The position numbers were made by a program, and so were the translations under genes. DNA of 64,000 bases from Candidatus Latescibacterota bacterium (GTDB lineage Bacteria > Latescibacterota > UBA2968 > GCA-2709665): contig OZ241917.1 of assembly GCA_965203805.1 (NCBI GenBank), forward strand, positions 2,336,001-2,400,000, written 5' to 3'. This document shows positions 10,874 through 22,131 of this stretch, piece by piece. Under the pieces are notes generated by a model. It had not been told where the DNA came from. It made no database searches and worked only from the letters and a program-made list of their open reading frames with translations. Position 1 is the stretch's first letter. Every line of letters begins with the position of its first letter.

Positions 10874-11705
10874 TCTCCAGGGCAGCCCAGGGGTTGATGA
10901 AGGTGGTCGTCCCTACCTGTACGGCGGATGCGCCGACAATCAGGAACTCGATTGCATCTTCAGCCGTCGCAATGCCGCCCATACCGACAACCGGAATCGA
11001 GACCGTGTTTGCGACCCGCCAGACCATCGCCAGCGCGACCGGCTTGACGGCAGGTCCGGATAGGCCGCCGGTAACGTTGCCCAGAACGGGACGCCGGGTG
11101 CCGATGTCCACGGCCAGCCCCAGGAGCGTGTTGATCAGCGCGATGCTGTCGGCGCCCCCTTCTTCCACCGCCGCGGCCACCACGGCGATGTCGGTTACGT
11201 TGGGCGTGAGCTTGACGATGACCGGAAGTCTGGATACCGCCTTTACTGCCGCCGTGACACCGTACGCGGCCGTCTCCCGACATCCGAAGAGCTGACCGCC
11301 GTCCTTCATATTCGGCGACGAGATGTTCAATTCGAGGGCGTCGATCTCCGGTATGTCGTTGAACCGGCGCGCCATTTCGGCGAATTCGTCGTTCGAGGTG
11401 CCGGCGATGCTGACAATCCGCGCTGTGGAAAGCGCCTGCAGTGCAGGGACCCTTTCCTCAATAAACGCGTCGATACCGGGATTCGTGAGGCCGATGGAGT
11501 TGAGCATTCCCGACGGGGTCTCCGCGGTACGGGGGGTGGTGTTTCCCGCGCGCGGACGATTGGTGATGGTCTTGGTGACCACGCCGCCGACCTGCGCAAA
11601 GTCAAGCACGCCCGCGTACTCTGCGCCGTGCCCGATGGTCCCGGAGGCCATCATCACGGGGTTCCTGATGGTCAGGCCGCCTCCGATGTGCGTGGAAAGG
11701 TCCAT
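10782..11705 (-). CDS. pyrD: Dihydroorotate dehydrogenase 1B catalytic subunit
   Basis: NPVMMASGT, NSIGL.NPG, VKLTPNVTDI, GGLSGPAVKP; active-site loop reads NISSPN. Confidence 0.92.
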   Translation of the reverse strand: MDLSTHIGGGLTIRNPVMMASGTIGHGAEYAGVLDFAQVGGVVTKTITNRPRAGNTTPRTAETPSGMLNSIGLTNPGIDAFIEERVPALQALSTARIVSIAGTSNDEFAEMARRFNDIPEIDALELNISSPNMKDGGQLFGCRETAAYGVTAAVKAVSRLPVIVKLTPNVTDIAVVAAAVEEGGADSIALINTLLGLAVDIGTRRPVLGNVTGGLSGPAVKPVALAMVWRVANTVSIPVVGMGGIATAEDAIEFLIVGASAVQVGTTTFINPWAALEIVDGLAEYCRSQRIGRISDLVGSFETGPRG

Positions 11706-11783
11706 GGGCGTTATGAGAGGTGCGTCCTTGCAGGGAAACGCCCGTCAACGCAGGGCTACCCTGTGGGGACGGCCATGGGCCGT

Positions 11784-12578
11784 CTACCAGACGATGGCAT
11801 GGGCGTCCACCACCGGTCCTTCAATGCAGACCCGTCGATATCGATGATCTTCCCGATCCGCTTCCAGGTATTCCACCACACAGCCCATACAGGCGCCGAA
11901 TCCGCAGGCCATATGGTTTTCGAGTGATGCGAAGCAAGGCAGACGGTGCTCGGCTGCGATCCCGGCGACCCGCGCCATCATAGGGTGCGGGCCGCAGGCA
12001 AGGACCTGGGTTTCGCCGGACCGCACGTGTGCCGGAATCAGGTCCGTTACAGGGCCTCTGTGCCCAAGGCTCCCATCGTCCGTTGCAAGGCGTCGACACA
12101 GATCGGGGGGAATCACGCGATCCATCTCGGGCATACGCACTTTGTTCGCAGCCCCCATCAGGAGAACCATTTCGGCTCGACGTTCCTTGTAGAACCAGGC
12201 CGAAAAGGCAAGGGGGACCAGCCCCACGCCCCCGGCGACCAGTAGCAGCCGGTCGGCATCGGGCGGGACAAAGGCCTGGCCCAGCGGGCCGAGCAGGTCG
12301 AGATGCCGGCCGGCCGGGGCCGCGGCCATTCTGCGCGTGCCTTCGCCGATGGCGTCGTAGACGATCTCCAGCCATCCCGCTTCGGCATCCACGCGCAGCG
12401 CGCTGAACGGGCGCCGGAGATAGGGCGTCCGGCCGGGATCGGTAAGGACCTGAACAAACTGGGCGGGGCGGCAGGACCGGGCAATTCCCGGGGCGCGCAG
12501 ACGCATCAGGTAGACGTTTCGAGCAATCCGCTCGTTGACGAGGATTTCGGCGTTTTCCTGGAAGAATCGTGAATTCAT
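11784..12578 (-). CDS. pyrK: Dihydroorotate dehydrogenase electron transfer subunit
   Basis: LRRPFS, AGGVGLVPL, ACGP, MACGFGACMGC...VCIEGPV (2Fe-2S). Confidence 0.92.
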   Translation of the reverse strand: MNSRFFQENAEILVNERIARNVYLMRLRAPGIARSCRPAQFVQVLTDPGRTPYLRRPFSALRVDAEAGWLEIVYDAIGEGTRRMAAAPAGRHLDLLGPLGQAFVPPDADRLLLVAGGVGLVPLAFSAWFYKERRAEMVLLMGAANKVRMPEMDRVIPPDLCRRLATDDGSLGHRGPVTDLIPAHVRSGETQVLACGPHPMMARVAGIAAEHRLPCFASLENHMACGFGACMGCVVEYLEADREDHRYRRVCIEGPVVDAHAIVW

Positions 12579-12642
12579 GCGGTGAAGGCTTCACGGGGAC
12601 AAACCGGACCGCATTGAAGATCCGAGCCGGCCGCTCCGTCGA

Positions 12643-14415
12643 CTATTTCTTTTGCCGGCCCCGGGAATCTCTATTGCGTGTTTCGTCTCCCCGATCCGAA
12701 GGCGTCCTTCCGCCTGCGGCTTCGGCGTCCGGATCGGACCTCGCGATGGCTCCCAGAAAGTCGCCCTTAAGGCTTTCCGACGCGATTTCCGCGAAGTCGG
12801 TCTGAGGATAGCTGTCCACCAGCCGCTGGTAATAGACCCGGGCGGTGTCCGGGTTTTCCAGACGGTTCGCGTAGGTCCAGGCGATGGTATAGAGGGCTTT
12901 GGCCGCAACGGGACTGTTCGGGTGCTCCGACGAGAGTTGTTTGAGGACCTCCAGGAAACCGGACGGCGGCGCCCCCTCGCTGATCAGCGTTTCGGCCTCG
13001 AGAAACCTGGCTTCCGCCCTGGCGTCTTCTTCCAGGGACTTCGCCAGCCGCTGGCGGGCGTTCACCGCGTAGGGATTGACGGGATACCCGTCGATCAGTT
13101 GCCGGAATGTCTTTTCCGCAGCATCCTGGTTTTTCAGGCTGTCCGCGTAAATCAGGCCGATGGCATAGAGTGCCTTTGGCGCCAGTTCGGCATCGAGACT
13201 GTCGGCGATTCCGTAGGCTCTGCGGTAGGTCGCGAGCGCGGAGTCGGGTTCCGAAAAGTTGAACAAATACATTTCGGCCACATTGAAGAGCGCTTTCAGA
13301 CCCTTCTTCTTGCCCTTGGCGGCCGCCTTCTGGTAACGCGCCAGCTTGCCAAGGTCCTTTTCCCGGTCTCTGGCCGCCCTGCCGGCGTCGGATCCGGGAT
13401 TTTCTTTTCGGGCGCTGGCGAAAAGTTCCTGCGCCTTCTCCATATCCCGGTGGGTCCGCTGCGCCACCGTCGCCAGGCGGTAGTAGGCTTCGGCGCTGTA
13501 CTCGGTCTTCGGGTTGTCCTTGATGACTTCATTGTAGATCTCATCGGCGGTTTCCTGTCGGCCCATCAGATGATACGCGTGCGCCCGTTTGAGATGCACG
13601 TTCGGCTCATAGGATCTCAAGCTCTTGATCTTCAGAATGCCGTCGTACTCCGCCAGGACTTCGTCCAGCTTTCCCTGGAGCTCTAGAGTCCGGCCGATCT
13701 GAATGCGGGTCTCGTAATTGACTTTGTTTTTCGGTCTTGATTTCAGAACGCGACGATACGCCAGCAGGGCCTCGTCGTACTGTTCCAGCTGAAACCTTGC
13801 GTTCCCGATACCCTCCCATATCTTCGCGGCCAGTCCTCTAGGCCTGCCCTCGAGCAGTTGTTGATATGCATCGATGGCGGCGGCGTGATCGCCGGCTTCG
13901 GCTTCCAGTTCCGCAAGCGCGAGCCGCGCCTTTCCCGAGAATTGCGGATCCCCGCTCTCCCCCACGTTCGCCAGCAAGGGCCGCGCTTCTTCCGGCCTTC
14001 CTGCGGCCCAGAGCGAAAGCCCCTTCCAGTAGAAGCCTTCGGTGAGCAGCCGGCTCTGAGGAAAATTGTCCTGCAGTTCCTGGAACTTGGTGAGCGCATC
14101 CCGGTAGTTTCCCCGCCAGTAGAAGGCCTTGCCGATGAGCAACAGGCTGTCGTCAACCCACTTGCTTTCGGGATGCCGGTCGAGGACGATGGACGCCTTT
14201 TGTATGGCCCACATGTAGTTTTCACGGTACCGTAACGTCATCTGCCGGCTCTTGCGGCCGCTGGCGGCCACGTTTTCGGCTTCCTCTCTCCTGCGTTCGG
14301 CCTCCTGGTATTGTTTCCGGGCGTTATAGAATGTGTTGTAGTAGACACACCCGGAAATCAGGCTTGCGGCGAACAGGATGACGCAGGGGATGAGCATTCT
14401 CCGGTTCGATTTCAT
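12643..14415 (-). CDS. TPR-repeat lipoprotein
   Basis: Lipobox ISGC, YYNTFYNA, multiple TPR-like helices ending in YP/HP. Confidence 0.8.
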   Translation of the reverse strand: MKSNRRMLIPCVILFAASLISGCVYYNTFYNARKQYQEAERRREEAENVAASGRKSRQMTLRYRENYMWAIQKASIVLDRHPESKWVDDSLLLIGKAFYWRGNYRDALTKFQELQDNFPQSRLLTEGFYWKGLSLWAAGRPEEARPLLANVGESGDPQFSGKARLALAELEAEAGDHAAAIDAYQQLLEGRPRGLAAKIWEGIGNARFQLEQYDEALLAYRRVLKSRPKNKVNYETRIQIGRTLELQGKLDEVLAEYDGILKIKSLRSYEPNVHLKRAHAYHLMGRQETADEIYNEVIKDNPKTEYSAEAYYRLATVAQRTHRDMEKAQELFASARKENPGSDAGRAARDREKDLGKLARYQKAAAKGKKKGLKALFNVAEMYLFNFSEPDSALATYRRAYGIADSLDAELAPKALYAIGLIYADSLKNQDAAEKTFRQLIDGYPVNPYAVNARQRLAKSLEEDARAEARFLEAETLISEGAPPSGFLEVLKQLSSEHPNSPVAAKALYTIAWTYANRLENPDTARVYYQRLVDSYPQTDFAEIASESLKGDFLGAIARSDPDAEAAGGRTPSDRGDETRNRDSRGRQKK

Positions 14416-16244
14416 GCCTTGTCGCCCGCCTCCTTCCGGTGGAACTCCTGCAGAGAACGAATCCGGACCGCGCCGTTTTTCTTCAGGGACTCGATGCCGG
14501 ACACCGCGGCCGAGGCGCCCGCCAGCGTGGTCGTGTACGGAATGCCGTATTGCAGCGTTGCCTGGCGAATCCTGTGATCGTCCGCCTGCGCGGCTTCCCC
14601 CGCCGGGGTGTTGACCATCAGGACGATCGACCGGTTTTTAATGGCGTCCAGAATATTGGGGCGGCCCTGCTGAATCTTGAGGATGGGTTCGGCGAGGATA
14701 TCGTGGGCCTTGAGCCGGGCGTGGGTTCCGCGGGTGGCGACAATCCGGAACCCCAGTTCCGCCAGCCGCCGGGCAACGGGTATCACGGCATCCTTGTCCC
14801 GGTCGTTGACCGAGATAAAAACCGCGCCCGAGGTGGGCAGCCGTACCCCGGCGCCGAACTGCGCCTTGTGGAAGCTCAGGCCGAAGTCCGTGTCGATGCC
14901 CATGACTTCGCCGGTGGACTTCATTTCGGGCCCCAGCAGCGTATCCACGCCGGGGAACTTGGCGAACGGCAGAACGGCTTCCTTTACAGCAATGTGATCG
15001 AAGACGACTTCGCCTGTCAGCCCCTGTTCCCTGAGGGATCGGCCGACCATGGCCCGCGCGGCCACTTTCGCCAGCGGAATACCGATCGTCTTCGAGACAA
15101 ACGGTACCGTGCGGCTTGCCCGCGGATTGACCTCGAGAATGTAGACCTGGTTGTCCTGAAGGGCGAACTGCACGTTCATCAACCCCACGACGTTCAACGC
15201 GCCGGCCAGCGCGTGGGTGTGGGAACGGAGTTCATCGAGGTGTTCCGCGGAGATGTCGTAGGGCGGCAGCACGCAGGCGCTGTCGCCCGAATGCACGCCC
15301 GCGCTCTCGATATGCTGCATGATGCCGCCGATCACAACCGTCGTATCGTCCGCGACGGCGTCGACGTCGAACTCATGCGCGTCTTCGAGGAAACGGTCGA
15401 TGAGGATGGGATGTTCGGGGGAGGCCTGGATTGCCTTTTCCATGTAGCTGAGAAGCGCATTCCGCTCGTAGACGATGACCATGGCGCGCCCGCCGAGGAC
15501 GTACGAGGGCCGTACAAGCACGGGATAGCCGATATCGTCGGCCACGGCGACGGCTTCGTCCACGCTGGTGGCGGTTCCGTTGTCGGGCTGGGTGATGCCG
15601 AGTTGCCTGATGAGTGCGCCGAATCGCTTGCGGTCTTCGGCCAGATCGATGCTGTCCGGAGACGTCCCGATGATGTTGACGCCGCCGCATTCCAGGTCGC
15701 GTGCGAGATTCAGCGGGGTTTGCCCGCCGAGCTGCACGATCACGCCGTCGGGCTGTTCCAGGTGTGCGATATTGAGCACGTCTTCGGCCGTGAGCGGCTC
15801 GAAATAGAGTTTGTCGGAGGTGTCGTAATCGGTGCTTACGGTTTCGGGGTTCGAATTGACCATAATGGTCTCATAGCCGTCTTCCTTGAGCGCAAAAGCC
15901 GCGTGCACGCAGCAGTAATCGAACTCGATGCCCTGCCCGATGCGATTCGGGCCGCCGCCCAGGATCATGACTTTGGGACGATCCGATCGCGTGGCCTCGT
16001 TTTCGTCTTCATACGTGGAATAGTGATACGGCGTATATGCCTCGAACTCGGCGGCGCACGTATCGATGGTCTTGTAGACCGCGTGGATATTCAGTTCTTT
16101 TCGGAGCGCCCTGACGGTCCATTCACTGGTCGTCCACAGGTGGGCGAGTTGTCGGTCGCTGAACCCGTATCGCTTTGCCTTGATCAGATCGGCTCGGCCG
16201 ACACGGGTCCGCAGATCGTCGAGGGTTCGTTGTTTCCGGTGCAT
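14412..16244 (-). CDS. carB: Carbamoyl-phosphate synthase large subunit, C-terminal part
   Basis: AKRYGFSD, DTCAAEF, GPNRIGQGIEFDY, GPEMKSTGE, MGS domain. Confidence 0.92.
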   Translation of the reverse strand: MHRKQRTLDDLRTRVGRADLIKAKRYGFSDRQLAHLWTTSEWTVRALRKELNIHAVYKTIDTCAAEFEAYTPYHYSTYEDENEATRSDRPKVMILGGGPNRIGQGIEFDYCCVHAAFALKEDGYETIMVNSNPETVSTDYDTSDKLYFEPLTAEDVLNIAHLEQPDGVIVQLGGQTPLNLARDLECGGVNIIGTSPDSIDLAEDRKRFGALIRQLGITQPDNGTATSVDEAVAVADDIGYPVLVRPSYVLGGRAMVIVYERNALLSYMEKAIQASPEHPILIDRFLEDAHEFDVDAVADDTTVVIGGIMQHIESAGVHSGDSACVLPPYDISAEHLDELRSHTHALAGALNVVGLMNVQFALQDNQVYILEVNPRASRTVPFVSKTIGIPLAKVAARAMVGRSLREQGLTGEVVFDHIAVKEAVLPFAKFPGVDTLLGPEMKSTGEVMGIDTDFGLSFHKAQFGAGVRLPTSGAVFISVNDRDKDAVIPVARRLAELGFRIVATRGTHARLKAHDILAEPILKIQQGRPNILDAIKNRSIVLMVNTPAGEAAQADDHRIRQATLQYGIPYTTTLAGASAAVSGIESLKKNGAVRIRSLQEFHRKEAGDKA

Positions 16245-16276
16245 AACGGCTGCCGAACTCGTTCGGGCGCCTGGAA

Positions 16277-17725
16277 TTACGCGACGAGGCCGGCGAGTTC
16301 CTTTTCGTATTCGGTGATCTGACGCAGGTTCTCAATGAACCACGGGTCGATTCCAGTCAGTTCGTAGAGCTCGGCCAGGGGCCAGCCCGCTTCCAGCGCG
16401 GCTTTGAGATAGAAGATTCTCTGGGAATTGGGCACTCTCAGCCGGTGCTCGACCACGGCGCGGTCCAGGGCCGGAACGGCCAGATCCTTGCCGTCGGCCC
16501 CGAATCCCCCGCGGCCGATTTCCAGGGACCGCAATCCCTTCTGAAACGCCTCTTTGAACGTCCGCCCGATGGCCATCGTTTCACCGACGGATTTCATCTG
16601 AGTACCGAGGAGGTCTTCGGTCTGCGGAAACTTTTCGAAGGTCCAGCGCGGGATCTTGACCACGCAGTAGTCTATTGTCGGCTCGAAAGAGGCGGGGGTT
16701 TCCCGCGTGATGTCGTTCCGGATTTCGTCCAGTGTGTATCCCACGGCGAGTTTGGCCGCGATCTTCGCAATTGGAAACCCGGTGGCTTTCGAAGCCAATG
16801 CGGAACTCCGGGAGACCCTTGGGTTCATCTCGATGATGACGATACGTCCGTCCCGCGGATTCAGTGCGAACTGAATATTGGACCCGCCCGTCTCCACACC
16901 GATTTCCCGAATAACGGCGATAGATGCGTCGCGCATGGCCTGGTACTCTTTGTCGGTCAGGGTCTGCGCGGGCGCCACCGTAATGGAATCGCCGGTATGA
17001 ATTCCCATGGGGTCGAAATTCTCGATCGAACAGATAATAACCACGTTGTCTTTCAGATCGCGCATGACTTCCAGTTCGAACTCTTTCCACCCGATGATGG
17101 ATTCTTCGACCAGGATTTCGGTGGTGGGCGAAAGCTCCAGTCCGCGAACCGCGAGGTGTTCGTATTCTTCCGCATTATAGGCCGTGCCGCCGCCGGTGCC
17201 TCCGAGCGTGTAAGAAGGACGGATGATGGCGGGATAGCCTATTTCCGCAATCACGTCGCGGGCCTCTTCCGCGCTGCGGGCAAACCTCCCCTTCGGAAAC
17301 TCGACGCCGATCCCGGCCATCGCAGCCTGGAATCGCTCCCTGTTTTCGGCCTTTTCGATGGCTTCGGCATTCGCGCCGATCATCTCTACATTGAATTTCT
17401 CCAGAATTCCCCCGTTGTAGAGATCCATGGCCACATTCAGGCCGGTCTGCCCGCCAAGCGTTGGAAGAAGCGCGTCCGGGCGCTCACGTTCGATAATGGC
17501 GGCACACACCTCCGGCGCAACCGGTTCCACGTAGGTCCGATCCGCCATTTCCGGATCGGTCATGATCGTGGCCGGATTGCTGTTCAACAGAACGACCGTG
17601 TATCCCTCTTCCTTGAGGGCTTTGCACGCCTGAGCGCCGGAATAGTCGAACTCACACGCCTGGCCGATGACGATCGGCCCGGAACCGATGAGCATGATTT
17701 TCCGGATGTCGTTACGCCTGGGCAT
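16277..17725 (-). CDS. carB: Carbamoyl-phosphate synthase large subunit, N-terminal part
   Basis: [52 protein letters not shown]. Confidence 0.93.
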   Translation of the reverse strand: MPRRNDIRKIMLIGSGPIVIGQACEFDYSGAQACKALKEEGYTVVLLNSNPATIMTDPEMADRTYVEPVAPEVCAAIIERERPDALLPTLGGQTGLNVAMDLYNGGILEKFNVEMIGANAEAIEKAENRERFQAAMAGIGVEFPKGRFARSAEEARDVIAEIGYPAIIRPSYTLGGTGGGTAYNAEEYEHLAVRGLELSPTTEILVEESIIGWKEFELEVMRDLKDNVVIICSIENFDPMGIHTGDSITVAPAQTLTDKEYQAMRDASIAVIREIGVETGGSNIQFALNPRDGRIVIIEMNPRVSRSSALASKATGFPIAKIAAKLAVGYTLDEIRNDITRETPASFEPTIDYCVVKIPRWTFEKFPQTEDLLGTQMKSVGETMAIGRTFKEAFQKGLRSLEIGRGGFGADGKDLAVPALDRAVVEHRLRVPNSQRIFYLKAALEAGWPLAELYELTGIDPWFIENLRQITEYEKELAGLVA

Positions 17726-17817
17726 ATCCGCATCCTGCCCTTAAAAAAAATACCTGCGGCCGTCCTTGAAAACGGAGGATGATCGCAGGTAACGTGGGAC
17801 CGGTTGGTTGTACGCGT

Positions 17818-18345
17818 CTAGACATTTTGCAACAGAACCAGGTAGATAAGCAGAAGGATCAGGAGAAGCGTAACGGCAAAGCAGGTTTTCAGGAAGAGAT
17901 CCTTCGCCCTGTTCCGGGGCGGGTTTTCGCCGATGGGCAGCGGCGAGGCGGCGGGTTCAGGCATCGACCCCGAAAACCGCTCCTGTTCGATGAGCTGCTC
18001 CAGTTTCGGATCGCACTCCCGGATGACACGGAGGATCAGGCGCTTGTTGCGGGCCGCACGTTCGGCGTAACGCCCCCGGTGCGACGTGCGGGTTTCCGAA
18101 TTGGGGATGAGAAGGTCCGTGTCTTCCCGGGATCCCGAAGCGTCTTCGACCAGGCTGAGCGCCCGCGCTCTGGCCAGTTGTTCCGTGAGTCTGCGGGTCT
18201 GTTTCCTGTCGTGGACGTTCTCCCGGATCACCCTGCCGCAGATGCTCACGAAGCGCTCCATATCCGCCTTGATTTCGCCTTCCGTGAGACCGGCGAGATA
18301 GGATTCTTCGATCATTTCGTCGATGCTGTCGCGAATGTCCGGCAT
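17818..18345 (-). CDS. Hypothetical protein with C-terminal transmembrane helix
   Basis: In operon orientation; hydrophobic C-terminal FAVTLLLILLLIYLVLL. Confidence 0.6.
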   Translation of the reverse strand: MPDIRDSIDEMIEESYLAGLTEGEIKADMERFVSICGRVIRENVHDRKQTRRLTEQLARARALSLVEDASGSREDTDLLIPNSETRTSHRGRYAERAARNKRLILRVIRECDPKLEQLIEQERFSGSMPEPAASPLPIGENPPRNRAKDLFLKTCFAVTLLLILLLIYLVLLQNV

Positions 18346-18356
18346 TCGTCTGATTC

Positions 18357-19964
18357 TCAGTTTGGCGTGTGAAATCGTATGTACCGGTTCCGGTCTTCGC
18401 CTGTTTCGATCACACGGCGTGCGCCAGGAAGCGCCGAAGCGATGTCGCCCGCGATCAGCCCGGCCTCGCCAGCGCGTTCCGCGCACAGGTCTCCGGCCAA
18501 TCCATGGAGGTAGACGCCCAGGCACCCCGCCGTTTCGGGGTCCGCGCCCTGCGCGATCAGGGCTGCGAGTATGCCGGTGAGCACGTCTCCGGAGCCGCCC
18601 GATGCCATGCCGGCGTTGCCGCTGGGATTGACGTACGTGCGGCCGTTTGGCACGGCGACGACGGTTGGGGCGCCTTTAAGGATTACAGTGACGCCGGCCG
18701 CTCGAGCCAGCGTCTGCGCCGAACCGATGGGATCGGAACGCGTGGCGTCGTTGCCAAGACCGGTGAGTCGGGTGAATTCACCCGGGTGTGGCGTGACGAC
18801 GGTTGGCGCAGCCCGATTTTCGAGAATTTCCGGTGCTCCGGCGAGCGCGTTTATGCCGTCGGCGTCCAGGACGAGCGGCGCCTGGATATCCTCAATGATC
18901 CGACGCACGAGTTGCACGGTTTCGCGATGGGTGCCAAGTCCCGGCCCGAGCGCGACACAGTCGGCCTCCGTAACCAGTCTCCGGATGTCACCGCGGGCAC
19001 GAAGGGCGAGGCAACGGCGATTTCGAACCTCGGGAAGCGGATGGGTCATCGCTTCCGTGAGCTTGACCTCGAGAATATCGTTCAGGCTCTCGGGAACGCC
19101 CACCCGAACCAGACCGGCGCCGCTCCTGAGCGCCCCCTGCGCCGAAAGCGCCGCCGCACCTGTGAGACCCGAAGAACCCGCCAGAATGACGACGCGGCCG
19201 CAGTCCCCCTTGTGGGCGTCGGGCCGTCTTCGGGGCAGCAGGGGCGCGCCCCCGTACGCGGCGATGAGCCGGACGTTGACGCTGTCCGCGTTAATGGCCG
19301 CCTTCGGCAGACCGATATCCGCGCAATGAAGGATTCCGCAGAGGGACCGGCCCGGATAGCGGAACTGTCCGATCTTGGGCAATCCGAAAGTCACCGTGCG
19401 GGTTGCCGCGGCGCAGGGCCCGTCGACACGTCCGGTGTCGGCGTCCAGGCCGGACGGGACGTCGACGGCCAGGACCCGACAGGCTGCATCCCGCAGCGTT
19501 TCGATTGCGCCCGCAACGACCCCGCGGGGGCCGCCGCGAATTCCCGTTCCGAGCAGGGCGTCTACGGCCGCGGACGCGCCGGAAAGCGCGGACCGGATTC
19601 TTTCAAGGTCGTTAGATCCGAGAATTTCGTCGAATTCAAGGCCGTTTTTCCGGGCCCTGTCCAGGTGGTGGCGCGCGTCGCCCCCAACCTGGTCTTCAGC
19701 CGCCAGCAGAAAAGCGGAAACCGACGCACCGGCGGAAGCGGCGAGATCCGCGATAACGAACCCGTCCCCGCCGTTGTTGCCCTTCCCGCAGAGGACAACG
19801 ATCTTTTTTCCCGGAAAACCGCCGACGAGGTCGTTCAGCACCCGGGCGCCGCCACGACCCGCAGAAGCCATCAATTCGATGCCGGTAACCCCGCGCTCGA
19901 CGGCTCCGCGGTCGATGCGAGCCATCTGCGCGCCGGTTACGAGCCTGGCATGGACCTGGGGCAC
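18357..19964 (-). CDS. nnr: Bifunctional NAD(P)H-hydrate epimerase/dehydratase
   Basis: GKGNNGGDG, DALLGTG, DVPSG, HKGDCG, GPGLG, TPHPGEF, GGSGDVLTG. Confidence 0.92.
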   Translation of the reverse strand: MPQVHARLVTGAQMARIDRGAVERGVTGIELMASAGRGGARVLNDLVGGFPGKKIVVLCGKGNNGGDGFVIADLAASAGASVSAFLLAAEDQVGGDARHHLDRARKNGLEFDEILGSNDLERIRSALSGASAAVDALLGTGIRGGPRGVVAGAIETLRDAACRVLAVDVPSGLDADTGRVDGPCAAATRTVTFGLPKIGQFRYPGRSLCGILHCADIGLPKAAINADSVNVRLIAAYGGAPLLPRRRPDAHKGDCGRVVILAGSSGLTGAAALSAQGALRSGAGLVRVGVPESLNDILEVKLTEAMTHPLPEVRNRRCLALRARGDIRRLVTEADCVALGPGLGTHRETVQLVRRIIEDIQAPLVLDADGINALAGAPEILENRAAPTVVTPHPGEFTRLTGLGNDATRSDPIGSAQTLARAAGVTVILKGAPTVVAVPNGRTYVNPSGNAGMASGGSGDVLTGILAALIAQGADPETAGCLGVYLHGLAGDLCAERAGEAGLIAGDIASALPGARRVIETGEDRNRYIRFHTPN

Positions 19965-20263
19965 CGGGTCTCCTCGAAGGGGCTCATTATGGCAGGAAAA
20001 ATCAATGAAAACGGACGTTGATTCCATGCCAATTCCGAACGCCTCAAACTTGCCTAATAATACAGGAATCGGAAGGGCGGCGCAACCCCAAACTTGCATC
20101 GCTGAAGCCGGCAAAGACGAACGATCCGAGGCGCCGAAAACCGCGACGTCCGGACGGTGGGGCGCGACCCGTTTCGAGAGACAAAGCGCTTGACAGACAG
20201 CACCCGATTTCTGTTATTTTTCCCGAGGATCGCCGCAGATTTCAGGCCCGCCTCCATAGCGAC

Positions 20264-20352
20264 GGTGGGGTGACGGAGTGGTCGAACGTGGCGGTCTTGA
20301 AAACCGTTGATCCTTACCGGATCCGTGGGTTCGAATCCCACCCCCACCGCCA
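20264..20352 (+). tRNA. tRNA-Ser(TGA)
   Basis: GGTGGGG/CCCCACC acceptor stem, CT-TGA-AA anticodon loop, long variable arm, TTCGAAT loop, G-CCA end. Confidence 0.95.
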
Positions 20353-20492
20353 GAAACCGGCCTGGTTCCGGTGTCGCCCATCGGCGAAGTACCGCGGTAA
20401 ACGGCGCGTTGCAGTTGACGCCGCGCTGCCGGTTTTTCCTTGATTTTGCAGTCGTGTTTTGGTAGTATTAGACTCCCTTGAATCTGTGATCC

Positions 20493-20585
<93 letters not shown>

Positions 20586-20664
20586 AAAAACAAGCGCACG
20601 CCGGTCCCCGGCCTCCCAACTGTCAGCAGTCAGCCGACAGCCAATACGATACGTTAGATTCTTA

Positions 20665-22104
20665 ATGTCTGAATCGGTATTGCGATTTGCGCCGTCACCC
20701 ACGGGCGGGTTTCACGTGGGCAACGCCCGGACGGCGCTGTTCAATTATCTCTACATCCGGAAATACGGCGGCCGGCTGCATCTGCGTATTGAAGACACGG
20801 ATCGCGACCGGTCCACCGACGCCGCGCTGAAGACCATCCTGGAAGGACTGGACTGGCTGGGGATTGCTTTCCACGGCCGGCCTGCTTTTCAGTCGCGCAA
20901 CGCCGTTGCGCACGGCACAGCGGTGGATCGGCTCCTCGAAAACGGTCACGCGTATTACGCCTACGAGACCCCGGAAGAGGTCCGCGCCATGCAGCAGCGG
21001 GCGCAGTCGGAGGGCAGGCGGGTCCGATACAACCGGGACGTCACACCCGAACAGTGTGCGGCCTTCGAGGCCGAGGGGCGGCCAAAAACGGTGCGCTTCA
21101 AGGTTCCTGAAGGAGAAACGGTCTGGCGGGATCCCATCAGGGGCGTGCAGCGATGGGACAACCGGGAGGTTGAAGACTTCATCGTCCTGCGGGCGGACGG
21201 GTCCCCCATCTACCATCTCGCCGTGGTTGTCGACGATCATGACCTGGGCGTGACGCTGGTGATCCGTGGCGCCGAACACCTGTCCAATACGCCGAAGCAG
21301 GCGATGCTCTTTCAGGCGCTGGGTTGGACTGCACCGGCATATGCGCATACCACGTTGCTCATGGGGCCGGACGGGAGGAAACTGAGCAAACGCCTGGGCG
21401 CAACGACCGTCACGGAATACCGGCAGCAGGGCATCCTGCCCGAAGCGTTGTTCAACTTTCTGGCGCTTCAGGGCTGGTCGCCGGGTGACGACCGGGAGGT
21501 ATTCACCCGGGAGGAACTGGTTGAAGCGTTCTCCGTTGAGGGCCTGCTCAGCAAGAACGCGGTGTTCGACGAGCGGAAGCTCGTCTGGCTGAACGGCGAA
21601 CACCTGCGGTTGAGACCGGTCCCCGAACTCCTGCAGGCGGCGACACGCCTGTGGCTCGATGCGGAATGGATAACGGCGGAAGACGCGGAGACCCGGAGAG
21701 AGAGCCTGCTGAAGGCCGTGAAACTGATGCAGCCTCGCATCCGGACCGTACGGGATTTCCTGAACTACGAGTACTTTTTCAACGATCCGGAAACGTACGA
21801 GAACAGGGCCCGAAAGAAACACTGGAAGGCGGACAGTCCCTCCCGTCTGGAAATGCTGATCGAGCGGCTGGAAGCGCTGGACGACTTCGGCGAGCGGGAA
21901 ATCGAAGGCGCCACGCGCACGCTGTCCGGGCAACTGGGTATCTCCACCGGAAAGCTGATCCACCCCACCCGCCTCGCGCTCAGCGGCACCAACGTCGGTC
22001 CGGGACTGTTCGAAATGATGGCTGTTCTGGGGCAGGAAACCTGCATCCGACGGATGAAGACGGGCCTGGAAAGACTGGGACGAAAGGAGACCGTTCCGCA
22101 ATAG
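20665..22104 (+). CDS. gltX: Glutamate--tRNA ligase
   Basis: RFAPSPTG.FHVGNARTAL, RIEDTD, KLSKR. Confidence 0.95.
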   Translation: MSESVLRFAPSPTGGFHVGNARTALFNYLYIRKYGGRLHLRIEDTDRDRSTDAALKTILEGLDWLGIAFHGRPAFQSRNAVAHGTAVDRLLENGHAYYAYETPEEVRAMQQRAQSEGRRVRYNRDVTPEQCAAFEAEGRPKTVRFKVPEGETVWRDPIRGVQRWDNREVEDFIVLRADGSPIYHLAVVVDDHDLGVTLVIRGAEHLSNTPKQAMLFQALGWTAPAYAHTTLLMGPDGRKLSKRLGATTVTEYRQQGILPEALFNFLALQGWSPGDDREVFTREELVEAFSVEGLLSKNAVFDERKLVWLNGEHLRLRPVPELLQAATRLWLDAEWITAEDAETRRESLLKAVKLMQPRIRTVRDFLNYEYFFNDPETYENRARKKHWKADSPSRLEMLIERLEALDDFGEREIEGATRTLSGQLGISTGKLIHPTRLALSGTNVGPGLFEMMAVLGQETCIRRMKTGLERLGRKETVPQ

Positions 22105-22131
22105 ACTGACCATACGTTCAACGGATATGGC

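Noticed and set aside
14439-17782. Long plus-strand ORFs (627 and 445 aa) and similar antisense ORFs over gltX, glnS, nnr and the RND gene
   Set aside because: Shadow frames of high-GC genes with no motifs.
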